A model generated the notes under the pieces. It had not been told where the DNA came from, did no database searches, and saw only the letters and a list, made by a program, of their open reading frames with translations. DNA of 64,000 nucleotides from a virus (lineage: Duplodnaviria; Heunggongvirae; Uroviricota; Caudoviricetes), in the IMG/VR virus record IMGVR_UViG_3300013126_000009, one strand, 5' to 3'. Each line of letters starts with the position of its first letter. The first letter of the stretch is position 1. Made by a program: the position numbers and the translations under genes. Below, in pieces: positions 18,568 through 27,495 of this stretch.

Positions 18568-19078
18568 CATGAGCTTCAATAATCCAAATCATAATGACAT
18601 AATTAGGTCTAAACCAAAAGACCCATTAAATATGTTAAAGTTTTATTCTAAATCTTACAATAATTTAGCAAAATACGCGGCCAGTCGTAAATTAAACCGA
18701 AAAGTTAATTTAGATGATTATCAAGTAATTTTTGATGAATTCGTAAAAGACTGGGCTTTCAATCTTATACATAAACCTAAATTAAGAATTATACATAAAA
18801 AATTAGCTAATCCCGTTTGGTCGTTTGGTTGTTCAATAGGTATCAACGTTCAAGACAGTAGCCGAGAATTTGTAAGAACGATAAACCCTAAATTTGAAAA
18901 GGTTTTTGAACATAATTATGCTGCATATATCATTAGATACAATCATTTTGATACATATAAAAAATATGCTAGAGAAAATCTAAAGCAATTTAAATATCGA
19001 AAAAGAAGACATTACTTAAGCCCATGGGAAGCTAATCCAGAAAGATGGGCAATTAATAATGTATCAGACAATTTTTAA
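18554..19078 (+). CDS. hypothetical protein
   Basis: 174-aa ORF. Confidence 0.4.
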   Translation: MVNINMSFNNPNHNDIIRSKPKDPLNMLKFYSKSYNNLAKYAASRKLNRKVNLDDYQVIFDEFVKDWAFNLIHKPKLRIIHKKLANPVWSFGCSIGINVQDSSREFVRTINPKFEKVFEHNYAAYIIRYNHFDTYKKYARENLKQFKYRKRRHYLSPWEANPERWAINNVSDNF

Positions 19079-19601
19079 AATTAAAAACATGAAAATAGAA
19101 GAATTAAGTTTTTATTTACCGTTTGGGTTATTAGTGGAGTGCCCTTATGATAGTTTTGAAAACATACAGCTATTAACTGGGTTAGCCAAATCAGAATTTG
19201 AAACTACATACATTGATGTATTAAATATTGATACATTTAAATCACCTGTTGGTAATTATTTTGCGTGGGACGGTGAGAATAATTACGCTAAGTTTGAGGT
19301 TAAACCATTACTATTACCAAAAAGTTATTTGTTGGATGAAATAACTGTTAATGGTGAGACTAATCATCGAATATATTTTATGGTTGAAGGAAATAGTAAT
19401 TGCTGTGATGCTCATCGTGAGTGGTTAGAAACCTTTATCGATAATCCAACTCATGGTACCATGTTATTTCATGCACCATTTTTTGTTTTCAGAGAACTAT
19501 TATCAGAAAAAATTGATATATTTGGTTTAATTGATTCAGGTGAAGCTATAGATGTAACTAAATTAGAACATAATCCATATGAGTACCAAAAACAAGTTTG
19601 A
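19059..19601 (+). CDS. hypothetical protein
   Basis: 180-aa ORF (the true start may be the ATG at 19089). Confidence 0.4.
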   Translation: MYQTIFKIKNMKIEELSFYLPFGLLVECPYDSFENIQLLTGLAKSEFETTYIDVLNIDTFKSPVGNYFAWDGENNYAKFEVKPLLLPKSYLLDEITVNGETNHRIYFMVEGNSNCCDAHREWLETFIDNPTHGTMLFHAPFFVFRELLSEKIDIFGLIDSGEAIDVTKLEHNPYEYQKQV

Positions 19602-19809
19602 CCATAAATATTTTGAAGATTATGACAGTCAACCAATCGGAACCGCACAAAAATGTGAGATATGTCAAAAAACACCATTCTACTTGTATTATACCAGTAG
19701 AGATATTTTTAACATAAATCATTGTTATAACTGTAATATAAGTGATTGGAAACCAAGAAGTTATTGGTCAAAATTGAAAAGATTAATATGGTTATGGTTA
19801 GAAAATTAA
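19579..19809 (+). CDS. hypothetical zinc-ribbon protein
   Basis: CEICQKT ... CYNCN cysteine pairs. Confidence 0.35.
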   Translation: MSTKNKFDHKYFEDYDSQPIGTAQKCEICQKTPFYLYYTSRDIFNINHCYNCNISDWKPRSYWSKLKRLIWLWLEN

Positions 19810-19872
19810 TTTTTTTTTTTCAAAAGACTTGCATTATTAGAAAACATGTTATATATTTGTTCTGTAAATGAT
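19810..19872 (+). repeat. 60-bp promoter-region repeat, copy 2
   Basis: Near-identical to 7536-7597. Confidence 0.8.
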
Positions 19873-19989
19873 TTGAAGATTCACTTCAGCAAATTTTAAA
19901 CTTTATATTTGGATAAAAGAAACTGAATCTGTTTTATTTACAAAAAAATAAACTTTTTAAAACTTAACCATATTTAATTAAAAGAAGTA

Positions 19990-20088
19990 ATGAAAACTTA
20001 TACGACATATCAAGGAAAACAGTATCCGCAAGGCACGAAGCCGAGCGAACTGGGCATGTCGTATCTAAACTCATTGTTCTTCTTATGA
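19990..20088 (+). CDS. leader micro-ORF (32 aa) upstream of tRNA cluster 3
   Basis: ATTTAATTAAAAGAAGTAATGAAAAC context; followed by a terminator. Confidence 0.3.
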   Translation: MKTYTTYQGKQYPQGTKPSELGMSYLNSLFFL

Positions 20089-20117
20089 TAGGATAAAAGT
20101 ATAATAACGATAAGGCA

Positions 20118-20152
20118 AGCCCAGAGGATTAAAAACCTTCTGGGCTTTTTTG
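20118..20152 (+). terminator. rho-independent terminator
   Basis: AAGCCCAGAGGATTAAAAACCTTCTGGGCTTTTTTG. Confidence 0.7.
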
Positions 20153-20285
20153 TTGCTTGAATTTTAACAACATAAAAAATAAAATTCGTGTTCTTTGACA
20201 TCGTGGTAATGAAAAAAAAATAAAACTAGGCGCGGGGGCATTGGAAGCCTCAGTCGGCTGCTGGGAAAAATAATGGGATAGTATA

Positions 20286-20360
20286 ACGGGAGGTTATGCA
20301 GATGGCTATACAACGGTACCTTGGACGTATCGGTTCGTGGGTTCGAATCCCACTCTCCCG
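20286..20360 (+). tRNA. tRNA-Pro (UGG)
   Basis: Acceptor CGGGAGG/TCTCCCG; anticodon arm GGTAC-CTTGGAC-GTATC; T-arm GTGGG-TTCGAAT-CCCAC; odd D region. Confidence 0.5.
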
Positions 20361-20398
20361 ACATTAATCCCGACAAATTGTCGGGATAATAATTAAAT

Positions 20399-20471
20399 TG
20401 CCCTGTGGTGTAATTGGGAACACGTCTGTTTTTGAAGCAGAAGAGTCTAGGTTCGAGACCTAGCGGGGCAA
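20399..20471 (+). tRNA. tRNA-Gln (UUG)
   Basis: Acceptor TGCCCTG/CGGGGCA; D-arm GTGT-AATTGGGA-ACAC; anticodon arm TCTGT-TTTTGAA-GCAGA; T-arm CTAGG-TTCGAGA-CCTAG. Confidence 0.65.
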
Positions 20472-20547
20472 CTTGACTTTAGAGATAAAGCGTGATGTCA
20501 TATTATAGATAACGCACAGGCTCTAATTATAAAAATAATACAAAATA

Positions 20548-20620
20548 GGGGAATCGCCCAGGGTTGGTCGGACGCTCTGTAAAAGCGAACCGCAATATAG
20601 TTCGAGTCTATTGTTCCCCA
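20548..20620 (+). tRNA. tRNA with anticodon GUA (Tyr?), type-I-like
   Basis: Acceptor GGGGAAT/GTTCCCC; anticodon arm (A)CGCT-CTGTAAA-AGCG(A); T-arm TATAG-TTCGAGT-CTATT; imperfect D-arm. Confidence 0.45.
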
Positions 20621-20628
20621 CAATTAAT

Positions 20629-20700
20629 GCACCCATAGTTTAGTTGGGAAAACGGTAGATTTGTAATCTTCAGTCCTCAGTTCAAGCCTGAGTGGGTGCT
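20629..20700 (+). tRNA. tRNA-Thr (UGU)
   Basis: Acceptor GCACCCA/TGGGTGC perfect; D-arm GTTT-AGTTGGGA-AAAC; anticodon arm GTAGA-TTTGTAA-TCTTC (one mismatch); T-arm CTCAG-TTCAAGC-CTGAG. Confidence 0.65.
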
Positions 20701-20715
20701 CAGTTGATTTTTTTT

Positions 20716-20789
20716 GCCGCATAGGTGTTACGGCAGCACATCTGACTTCCAATCAGAAGGCGAGAGTTCGACTCTCTCATGCGGCTCCA
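20716..20789 (+). tRNA. tRNA-Gly (UCC), CCA encoded
   Basis: Acceptor GCCGCAT/ATGCGGC perfect; anticodon arm TCTGA-CTTCCAA-TCAGA; T-arm GAGAG-TTCGACT-CTCTC; 3' T-CCA present. Confidence 0.7.
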
Positions 20790-20797
20790 TTTTAAAT

Positions 20798-20872
20798 TCC
20801 CTCATAGGTTCAATTGGTTTAGACTACTTAACTTTTAATTAAGGGGTGCTGGTTCGAGTCCAGCTGGGGGAA
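20798..20872 (+). tRNA. tRNA-Lys (UUU)
   Basis: Acceptor TCCCTCA/TGGGGGA; anticodon arm CTTAA-CTTTTAA-TTAAG; T-arm GCTGG-TTCGAGT-CCAGC. Confidence 0.65.
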
Positions 20873-20914
20873 CAAAAATTTGTTTATTAATAAAATAATT
20901 TATATATTTGCTCT

Positions 20915-21325
20915 ATGAAAGATTTAATTAACATTCAATTACAATATAGTGCCGATGTCGCGGAGACAATACAAAAGATACAAGAATTCACTTATCGTTG
21001 CCAATCCTTTTTCTATGGTCGTAAAATGACTAAGGAACGGAAAATGGAATTCATGACCAATTGGTTAAACAGTATCTTTCACGACAGAGAGGCCCGAATT
21101 ATTTTCAGTGAAGAAGTTTGGCAACCTACCGACCCATCCAGCATAGCAAACATTGTACTGTTAGATGCTGGGACTAGAAATATAGGAATTAATGGCGTAT
21201 TTCATGTTTTAATAGATTTTAGGGAAGAAGAAGTCGGTGTAATAAGATTCGGGGGAACTAACCAACCCTTAGACAAAATTAATATTTTTAATGTTACTTA
21301 CAAATATATCAGACCAAAAGATTAA
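20915..21325 (+). CDS. hypothetical protein
   Basis: 136-aa ORF after a TATATTTGCTC box. Confidence 0.4.
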   Translation: MKDLINIQLQYSADVAETIQKIQEFTYRCQSFFYGRKMTKERKMEFMTNWLNSIFHDREARIIFSEEVWQPTDPSSIANIVLLDAGTRNIGINGVFHVLIDFREEEVGVIRFGGTNQPLDKINIFNVTYKYIRPKD

Positions 21326-21371
21326 CTGAATTTAACTGTCACGTAGTCAAAAAAAAAATGTTATTTTTGTA

Positions 21372-21593
21372 TTGTTAACTAAAACTACTTTTATGACAAA
21401 AACAGAATTGATACAGTACAAAAAGGCTACGGCACTAAACGCCATACGAAAACTATATCATCCAAAAACCAAACATTCGTTTACGTACTATGAAGGTGAG
21501 GGGAGTAAGATGGAACAGATAAGCTATGAAGTTGAGTTCATCGTTCAGCAACTTGAAAAGGATTTAGAAGAAATCAAAAACAATAATAAATAA
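21372..21593 (+). CDS. hypothetical protein
   Basis: 73-aa ORF. Confidence 0.3.
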   Translation: MLTKTTFMTKTELIQYKKATALNAIRKLYHPKTKHSFTYYEGEGSKMEQISYEVEFIVQQLEKDLEEIKNNNK

Positions 21594-21608
21594 TTAAACA
21601 ACAAACAA

Positions 21609-22190
21609 ATGAAAAATACTTATTTTATTTCAGACCCGCATTTCGGGCACAAAAATATTATTAAATACGCTAATAGACCATTTGAGTCTGTTGATAATAT
21701 GAATGAAACCATAATCAAAAACTGGAATAATCTTATTAAGCCGAATGATGAGGTATATATTCTTGGTGATGTCAGTTTGACAAATCAAGAAGAAACCAAT
21801 AAGATTCTTAACAGACTTAACGGTAGGTTATATCTGATTAAAGGTAACCATGAGAAGAGCGTTATGTCCAGCAAAGAAAATCGTGATAGATTTGAATGGA
21901 TTAAGGATTACTACGAGTTAAAGTATGAATACAATGGTAAACGTAATATGATTGTAATGTGTCATTATGCCATGAGAGTCTGGAATAAGTCACATCACGG
22001 TTCATACCACCTTTATGGACACTCACATGACTCATTGGAATATGAACAATGGGGGAAAAGCATGGACGTTGGTATTGATAGTGCTGCCAGAATATTAGGC
22101 GAATATAGACCATTCACTTTTGATGAGATTGATGGTATTCTCAGTCAAAGAGTCTCGAAGGAAATTGACCATCATGTAGCGGCAAGCTAA
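21609..22190 (+). CDS. metallophosphoesterase (calcineurin-like)
   Basis: FISDPHFGH ... GDV ... GNHE ... GHSH motifs. Confidence 0.65.
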   Translation: MKNTYFISDPHFGHKNIIKYANRPFESVDNMNETIIKNWNNLIKPNDEVYILGDVSLTNQEETNKILNRLNGRLYLIKGNHEKSVMSSKENRDRFEWIKDYYELKYEYNGKRNMIVMCHYAMRVWNKSHHGSYHLYGHSHDSLEYEQWGKSMDVGIDSAARILGEYRPFTFDEIDGILSQRVSKEIDHHVAAS

Positions 22191-22253
22191 AATTAATTTA
22201 ATGGTTGCCGTTACAAACGAATAATTATTAATAACGGTAAATGTTAAATTAAA

Positions 22254-22853
22254 ATGGAAAGAGTTTTTAAAACAAAGCAAGGTGAAATTGTTGACGTTAT
22301 TCAACACACAAAGGACATTTTAGCTGGTCAAAAAGCTATTGGTAACAAAGTTAAAATTTTCATCGGTACAGACTCACAGGACAAGGGCAGTAAATCAACT
22401 TACGCGACCTGTATTTGTTATTGGTACGGTAATGACGTTGAGGTTAAAAAAGGTGAATTTGAATTTAATGGTTATGGTGTTCATTATATATATACCAAAG
22501 AAAACATCGCAAGATTAAGGGATACATTTTCAAGGTTATATAAGGAAACCGAATATACCATGGAAATTGCTGAATGGTTTCAAAAAGAATTCCCTTTATG
22601 TGATATAACAATAGATTTGGATTATAATGTTAAACCTAATGCAAAAAGCAACATGCTTGTTGCGGCAACCAAAGGTTGGGCTGAATCAATGGGTTTGAAA
22701 GCGAATATTAAACTTGATTGGGAAGACGACAATACTAAATACATGGTTCAAGTGGCAACCAAAGCCGCTGATAGAGAATGTAGAGGTGGTGGTAGTAAAT
22801 CCAGTAATAGAAAAAAATATAGGAAAGAAAAAAAAACCACCAAAAGAACATAA
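22254..22853 (+). CDS. hypothetical protein with basic C-terminus
   Basis: 199-aa ORF; a terminator follows. Confidence 0.4.
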   Translation: MERVFKTKQGEIVDVIQHTKDILAGQKAIGNKVKIFIGTDSQDKGSKSTYATCICYWYGNDVEVKKGEFEFNGYGVHYIYTKENIARLRDTFSRLYKETEYTMEIAEWFQKEFPLCDITIDLDYNVKPNAKSNMLVAATKGWAESMGLKANIKLDWEDDNTKYMVQVATKAADRECRGGGSKSSNRKKYRKEKKTTKRT

Positions 22854-22856
22854 CAA

Positions 22857-22890
22857 AAAAGATTGGAAAATCCAATCTTTTTTTTTTGCA
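22857..22890 (+). terminator. rho-independent terminator
   Basis: AAAAGATTGGAAAATCCAATCTTTTTTTTTT. Confidence 0.7.
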
Positions 22891-22944
22891 ACATAATTTA
22901 CTTTTAATCGTTTTGTATTACACTGTATTACAAAAATAAAGATT

Positions 22945-23769
22945 ATGAAGTTAAAAGAATTCGCAAAAAAGGTTAATGGTGTTGGTTTTATTGATAAGTC
23001 AAATAAAGTTTATGAAGCGCATAATGATGTTTATGACATTTTGGAAGCTCATCGTTTTGTTCAGATAGTTAGTAGTAGGCATGTTGGTGCTACGAATATA
23101 TTGAGTAACTATTGTGTTAATTTTTTGGTTAACAATAATTCAAGTCGTAATGTACTATATATTGCACATCCAAATATGATTGCGTCTAAATTTTTTTTTA
23201 AAGGTATAAGCGAAAAGCTCAAAAAATATTATGGTGAACAGGTTTATGGCGATTTTGTAACCACGGATAAGTTATCGGAAATTATTGTTAATGGTAATTC
23301 GTTAAGATTATATTCTGATGTTGGTGTCAAAAGAGACTCTCTTTATGGTATTATTTTTGACAATTTTGAATTCATTAAGGGTGCTGATAAACATTATCAT
23401 GATATTATCGGTTTAATTTCAAACGTTCCAGAATCCAGAGTGATAATATGTGGTAAAACACCAGAATATCTGGGGGTTTTTAAATTAAAGACCATACATT
23501 GGTCTGAGATTGAATTTTTTGATTCTAAGTGGCGTAAAGATAGGATTAAAAGTATAGGTGAGGACGCTTTTGACGCGGAATTTAATAATCTATCGCCAAC
23601 ATATGGGGGTACTAAAGTTAAACAAGTTAATAAGTCAACAAAAGACAAAACACTTCAAGTTAGGGTCGATGCTGATATGTATACTTCGATTGCCGTTCAT
23701 TTAATGAATAACGATTTAACATTATCGGATTATATCAGAGGCTTAATCGAATCTGATTTGAAAAAATAG
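22945..23769 (+). CDS. hypothetical protein
   Basis: 274-aa ORF. Confidence 0.4.
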   Translation: MKLKEFAKKVNGVGFIDKSNKVYEAHNDVYDILEAHRFVQIVSSRHVGATNILSNYCVNFLVNNNSSRNVLYIAHPNMIASKFFFKGISEKLKKYYGEQVYGDFVTTDKLSEIIVNGNSLRLYSDVGVKRDSLYGIIFDNFEFIKGADKHYHDIIGLISNVPESRVIICGKTPEYLGVFKLKTIHWSEIEFFDSKWRKDRIKSIGEDAFDAEFNNLSPTYGGTKVKQVNKSTKDKTLQVRVDADMYTSIAVHLMNNDLTLSDYIRGLIESDLKK

Positions 23770-23804
23770 TTGTATTATTCAAATTTGATTTATATATTTG
23801 TGAC

Positions 23805-24059
23805 ATGAAAAATATAGTAGTAGTAGATATTGATACGGATAGAAAGGATAAACCATTGATTGTTGGTAAGACGGAGGATTTTGTTTTATCAGAGGATGTT
23901 AATGAGCGCAAGGCACAATTATTTGAGGATATTAAGACTTTAACCGAAGGTTTGGCTCAGTTGATTAGGTTATCAGATTTGAATGGTTTTCATAAGAAAG
24001 AAATCTTGATTGATGCTGTAATCAAACACTTAAATCTCGACCCAAATGCCGATAAATAA
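23805..24059 (+). CDS. hypothetical protein
   Basis: 84-aa ORF. Confidence 0.35.
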   Translation: MKNIVVVDIDTDRKDKPLIVGKTEDFVLSEDVNERKAQLFEDIKTLTEGLAQLIRLSDLNGFHKKEILIDAVIKHLNLDPNADK

Positions 24060-24336
24060 TTGTGAACTTTGTGATAGGGAAAGGGAACTAACCTTTCATC
24101 ACTTGATTCCCAAGAAAGTACATTCCAGAAAATCGGTGAAAAAAATGCATAGCAAAGAAGTTATGCATAATTCTGGTATATTTGTTTGTGATGATTGTCA
24201 TAGGGCGATTCACAAGTTTTTTGACCACATCACTTTAGCTAGAGAATATTATTCGAAAGAATTGTTGCAACTAAGCAAAAAAATTGCTACATTTGTATCA
24301 TGGTTGAAAAAACAAGACAAAAGGGTGAAACTATGA
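24046..24336 (+). CDS. HNH nuclease
   Basis: CELCDRE...TFHHLIPK...CDDCHRAIH (HNH with zinc-binding cysteines). Confidence 0.55.
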   Translation: MPINNCELCDRERELTFHHLIPKKVHSRKSVKKMHSKEVMHNSGIFVCDDCHRAIHKFFDHITLAREYYSKELLQLSKKIATFVSWLKKQDKRVKL

Positions 24337-24704
24337 AATTAATAGCAACGCATGTTGTTAAGAATTTTAATTTGGGTGTTCATGGAAATCTATTCGGTGG
24401 TACAATTTTGTCATGGATAGATGAGGCTGGTGCTGTATATGCATCTGAAGAGGCATGTTCCACTAACATGGTAACTGTTGCGATGGATAAGGTTGAATTC
24501 ATCAAACCAGTGAAGTTAGGTAGAATGGTTAAGATATATGGTGATACAGTTAAATTAGGTAACACGTCAATAACGGTGGCAATTGAAGCTAGGGTTTACA
24601 ATCCCCATAATGATAAAGAATCATTGGTTTGCAAAACAAATATTACGTTTGTTAGAATCGATGCTGATGGTTCACCAATTCCAATCGTAAAAATTAATAA
24701 ATAA
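24333..24704 (+). CDS. hotdog-fold acyl-CoA thioesterase (YbgC/4HBT-like)
   Basis: GVHGNLFGGTILSWIDEAGAVYA motif; ~124 aa. Confidence 0.6.
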   Translation: MKLIATHVVKNFNLGVHGNLFGGTILSWIDEAGAVYASEEACSTNMVTVAMDKVEFIKPVKLGRMVKIYGDTVKLGNTSITVAIEARVYNPHNDKESLVCKTNITFVRIDADGSPIPIVKINK

Positions 24705-24907
24705 TGTCAGATAAAATAGAAATAACAAGAGAGTTTTTTGTGAAAATTTTAGTTGAAAAACTAACTAATATAAACGAAAATCTTTGTGAGGTTGACGAAA
24801 TACTCTATAACGAAACACATAATAATAGCGGTGATTTATTTGATGAGTGGCAAAAAATACGTGAAGCAACCTTAGAAATTGAAGAATTAATTGATGCACT
24901 TAAATAA
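24704..24907 (+). CDS. hypothetical protein
   Basis: 67-aa ORF, ATGA-coupled. Confidence 0.35.
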   Translation: MSDKIEITREFFVKILVEKLTNINENLCEVDEILYNETHNNSGDLFDEWQKIREATLEIEELIDALK

Positions 24908-24915
24908 TAATTGAT

Positions 24916-25329
24916 ATGAAAGAAGAAAAATTTTATTCACAGGAAGAGATTGATGAAACAATCGCTAAGTTAAGAGATATTAGAAACACGTCAGATTTCA
25001 CACATAAACAATATTGGGATTTACATGATGTGATTCAAGATTCATATCATTTCTCAGAAGAAGACTTTATTGAGTATGACTATATTCGTGATAATATGTC
25101 ATATTCGGATGTCACTGATTATTTAGATTATATGTCTGAAAGTAACTTACGTAATTTATTTGCTGAATATGGTTTTGAAGAGGGTTTTAAAGGTGAATCT
25201 ATTAAGACTTTGGATGATGAATATAGGGTAAAGCTATTAACAAAGCTATTTAAGTACTTTACATCAACCAGAGAATTGGAGTCTTTTCTTGGTGATAAGA
25301 TGGTTCAACGCTTAAATTTGATGCCATGA
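24916..25329 (+). CDS. hypothetical acidic protein
   Basis: 137-aa ORF. Confidence 0.4.
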   Translation: MKEEKFYSQEEIDETIAKLRDIRNTSDFTHKQYWDLHDVIQDSYHFSEEDFIEYDYIRDNMSYSDVTDYLDYMSESNLRNLFAEYGFEEGFKGESIKTLDDEYRVKLLTKLFKYFTSTRELESFLGDKMVQRLNLMP

Positions 25330-25553
25330 CAACTAATTTCGATGAGTCAGTTAATGTTAATAATGACAAAAATTGTGGTTTAAGAACCATTGTTAATAAT
25401 TTCCCAAAAGAAGTATTAAGTTGTGCGGAGAGAAATAATTTTAAAGGTGATAATCAATGGATTGGTGGGAATACTTATGGTGATTTTTTTATCGTGACAT
25501 GTGGGTGTGGGAAAATATCTAAACCATTTTTTAAAAGAAAGGAAGTTGTCTAA
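25326..25553 (+). CDS. hypothetical protein
   Basis: 75-aa ORF. Confidence 0.35.
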   Translation: MTTNFDESVNVNNDKNCGLRTIVNNFPKEVLSCAERNNFKGDNQWIGGNTYGDFFIVTCGCGKISKPFFKRKEVV

Positions 25554-25572
25554 TTTTAAGTTTAATATACAT

Positions 25573-25704
25573 ATGTTGCCGATGTTTATTACTGGCATAT
25601 TTTGTTTGATAACTTTAGTTTCAGCACTACCATTCTTAATTTCTTTATTATTATTTGCGTTATCGTTCTATTATTATTCACAAAAAAGAAAAAAAATATA
25701 TTAA
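25573..25704 (+). CDS. small hydrophobic peptide (43 aa)
   Basis: MLPMFITGIFCLITLVSALPFLISLLLFALSFYYY; overlaps neighbouring genes. Confidence 0.2.
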   Translation: MLPMFITGIFCLITLVSALPFLISLLLFALSFYYYSQKRKKIY

Positions 25705-25705
25705 A

Positions 25706-26113
25706 ATGACATTAAAAAATAAAATTAATGGTGATATAAAAAATGCCATGAAAAACAAAGAATCTCAAAAGTTGGGGGTACTTCGAGTATTGAAAGGTGA
25801 GATTGAACGTAATGAACAAACATCTAAGGGTAAGGTTGAATTATCAGATAATGATATTGTTGCATTGGTTAAGAAATCGATTCAAGGCGTTAAAGAGACC
25901 ACTAATGATGAGTTTGAAATTACGGTTTTGGAAGGATATCTACCCAAACAATTATCAAATTTTGAGTTGATTGAAATAGTAAAGGAATTTGTGTTATCTG
26001 AAGAAAGTGCTGGTAACGTAAACATTGGTGCAATAATGAATTATTTTAAAGTGAATTATGCTGGTCAATATGACGGTAAGGAATTAAGTTTAATTATTAA
26101 AAGTTTAATGTGA
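25706..26113 (+). CDS. GatB/YqeY domain protein
   Basis: MTLKNKINGDIKNAMKNKESQKLGVLRVLKGEIERNEQ matches the YqeY N-terminal pattern. Confidence 0.55.
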   Translation: MTLKNKINGDIKNAMKNKESQKLGVLRVLKGEIERNEQTSKGKVELSDNDIVALVKKSIQGVKETTNDEFEITVLEGYLPKQLSNFELIEIVKEFVLSEESAGNVNIGAIMNYFKVNYAGQYDGKELSLIIKSLM

Positions 26114-27453
26114 TGAGTTTAGAAAAAGAAAATGAATTAAGCGTGGAAGGTGCTGCCATTTTATTGAAACGGTTAGACGGAATTAAAAGTGAAATTGAAA
26201 ATTACGAGTTGGATGAATTTGATGAATATCCTGAAGATTATCCTGATATGATATATGATTTGGATAATTTTATGGAGAGGGTTATAAGTCCAGTTGAGTT
26301 GGGCATTATTAATCAATACCTTTTTGACACATATAAGAATGGGCCAAATAACGGGGTAACGGTTGAAGCTTATGGTGGGCTTTATAATAAAAAATTCTTC
26401 ATGAACGGAACTTTTGATAATAGTAGAGGCTGGTGGTTTCAAGTTAAGCTTGATTCCGAACCAGATAACCAGATGTATTTTCAAACAGGCGCTTATTTCG
26501 ACCGAAATGACCGATATATAACTGAAATTTCATTTACATGTAAAAAAACCATACCAATTAACAAATTGGAAGATATGGTTGAGAATATAAAGAAAGTCGC
26601 CTTTAATAATTCAAGATTCAAGGGTAAGTGTTTGGAGGTTGAAATTCGCAACGGCATGTTTGAGGGTGTAAAGATTGTAGAGGTTAAAGATGTCGTTAAC
26701 GAATTGATTTTAAGTGAAGCCCAAGAAACCTTTATGAAGCATTTTATTAAACGACTAAAACGTGGTCGTAACATGCGGATTCTATTAAATGGTGTGCCAG
26801 GTACTGGTAAAACTGAATTGATTAGAAAGGTAATATCAGAATTGACACCTCAAGTGACCTTTGTTATACCAAGATTCAATAATATCGATGACCTTAGAAC
26901 CATATTGACGTCTTGTGAAATTTTTGATAATGGTACGATTATCATGGATGACATTGATTTATTCATTGGTTCACGACAAAAGGGCAATTACACCAACGTA
27001 CTTGGTGAATTTCTAAACTTCTTTGATGGTGTAAAGAAACGACAGATAAGTATTCTTGCCTCAACAAATGACAAGTCATTAGTTGATGAGGCGGCTGAGA
27101 GACCAGGTAGATTTAATGCCATAATTGATTTTGATTATCTTTCCGATGAAGCGGTTATAAAGGTCTGCAAGATACATTTGAATGAAAGATGGCAAGTAAA
27201 AGAAGTTTTTGATGCTCTTACAGGTAATATTGATGGTAAAAAGGCTAAGATAACTGGTGCATTTATAGCTAATTTAGCTAACAACCTAAATGAAATGTAT
27301 TTGGATGCTGAAGAGGATGGTGAAGAGTGGACAATGGCACATACATTAGGTTTAATTAGGTCTTCATATAAGGGATTCTATTCGAGTCAGGTTAATCGAG
27401 CAAAAAGAATTGGATTTGTTCAAAATCACAATGATGATGGTTTGCCCTTGTGA
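26110..27453 (+). CDS. AAA+ ATPase
   Basis: Walker A LLNGVPGTGKTEL; Walker B IIMDDIDLF. Confidence 0.65.
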   Translation: MMSLEKENELSVEGAAILLKRLDGIKSEIENYELDEFDEYPEDYPDMIYDLDNFMERVISPVELGIINQYLFDTYKNGPNNGVTVEAYGGLYNKKFFMNGTFDNSRGWWFQVKLDSEPDNQMYFQTGAYFDRNDRYITEISFTCKKTIPINKLEDMVENIKKVAFNNSRFKGKCLEVEIRNGMFEGVKIVEVKDVVNELILSEAQETFMKHFIKRLKRGRNMRILLNGVPGTGKTELIRKVISELTPQVTFVIPRFNNIDDLRTILTSCEIFDNGTIIMDDIDLFIGSRQKGNYTNVLGEFLNFFDGVKKRQISILASTNDKSLVDEAAERPGRFNAIIDFDYLSDEAVIKVCKIHLNERWQVKEVFDALTGNIDGKKAKITGAFIANLANNLNEMYLDAEEDGEEWTMAHTLGLIRSSYKGFYSSQVNRAKRIGFVQNHNDDGLPL

Positions 27454-27495
27454 GTTAAAGAAAAAATTACTATATTTGTAAAAAAAAATAAAAAT

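Noticed and set aside
20010-20376. Minus-strand ORFs over the micro-ORF/terminator and tRNA-Pro
   Set aside because: Antisense to the tRNA and terminator; spurious.
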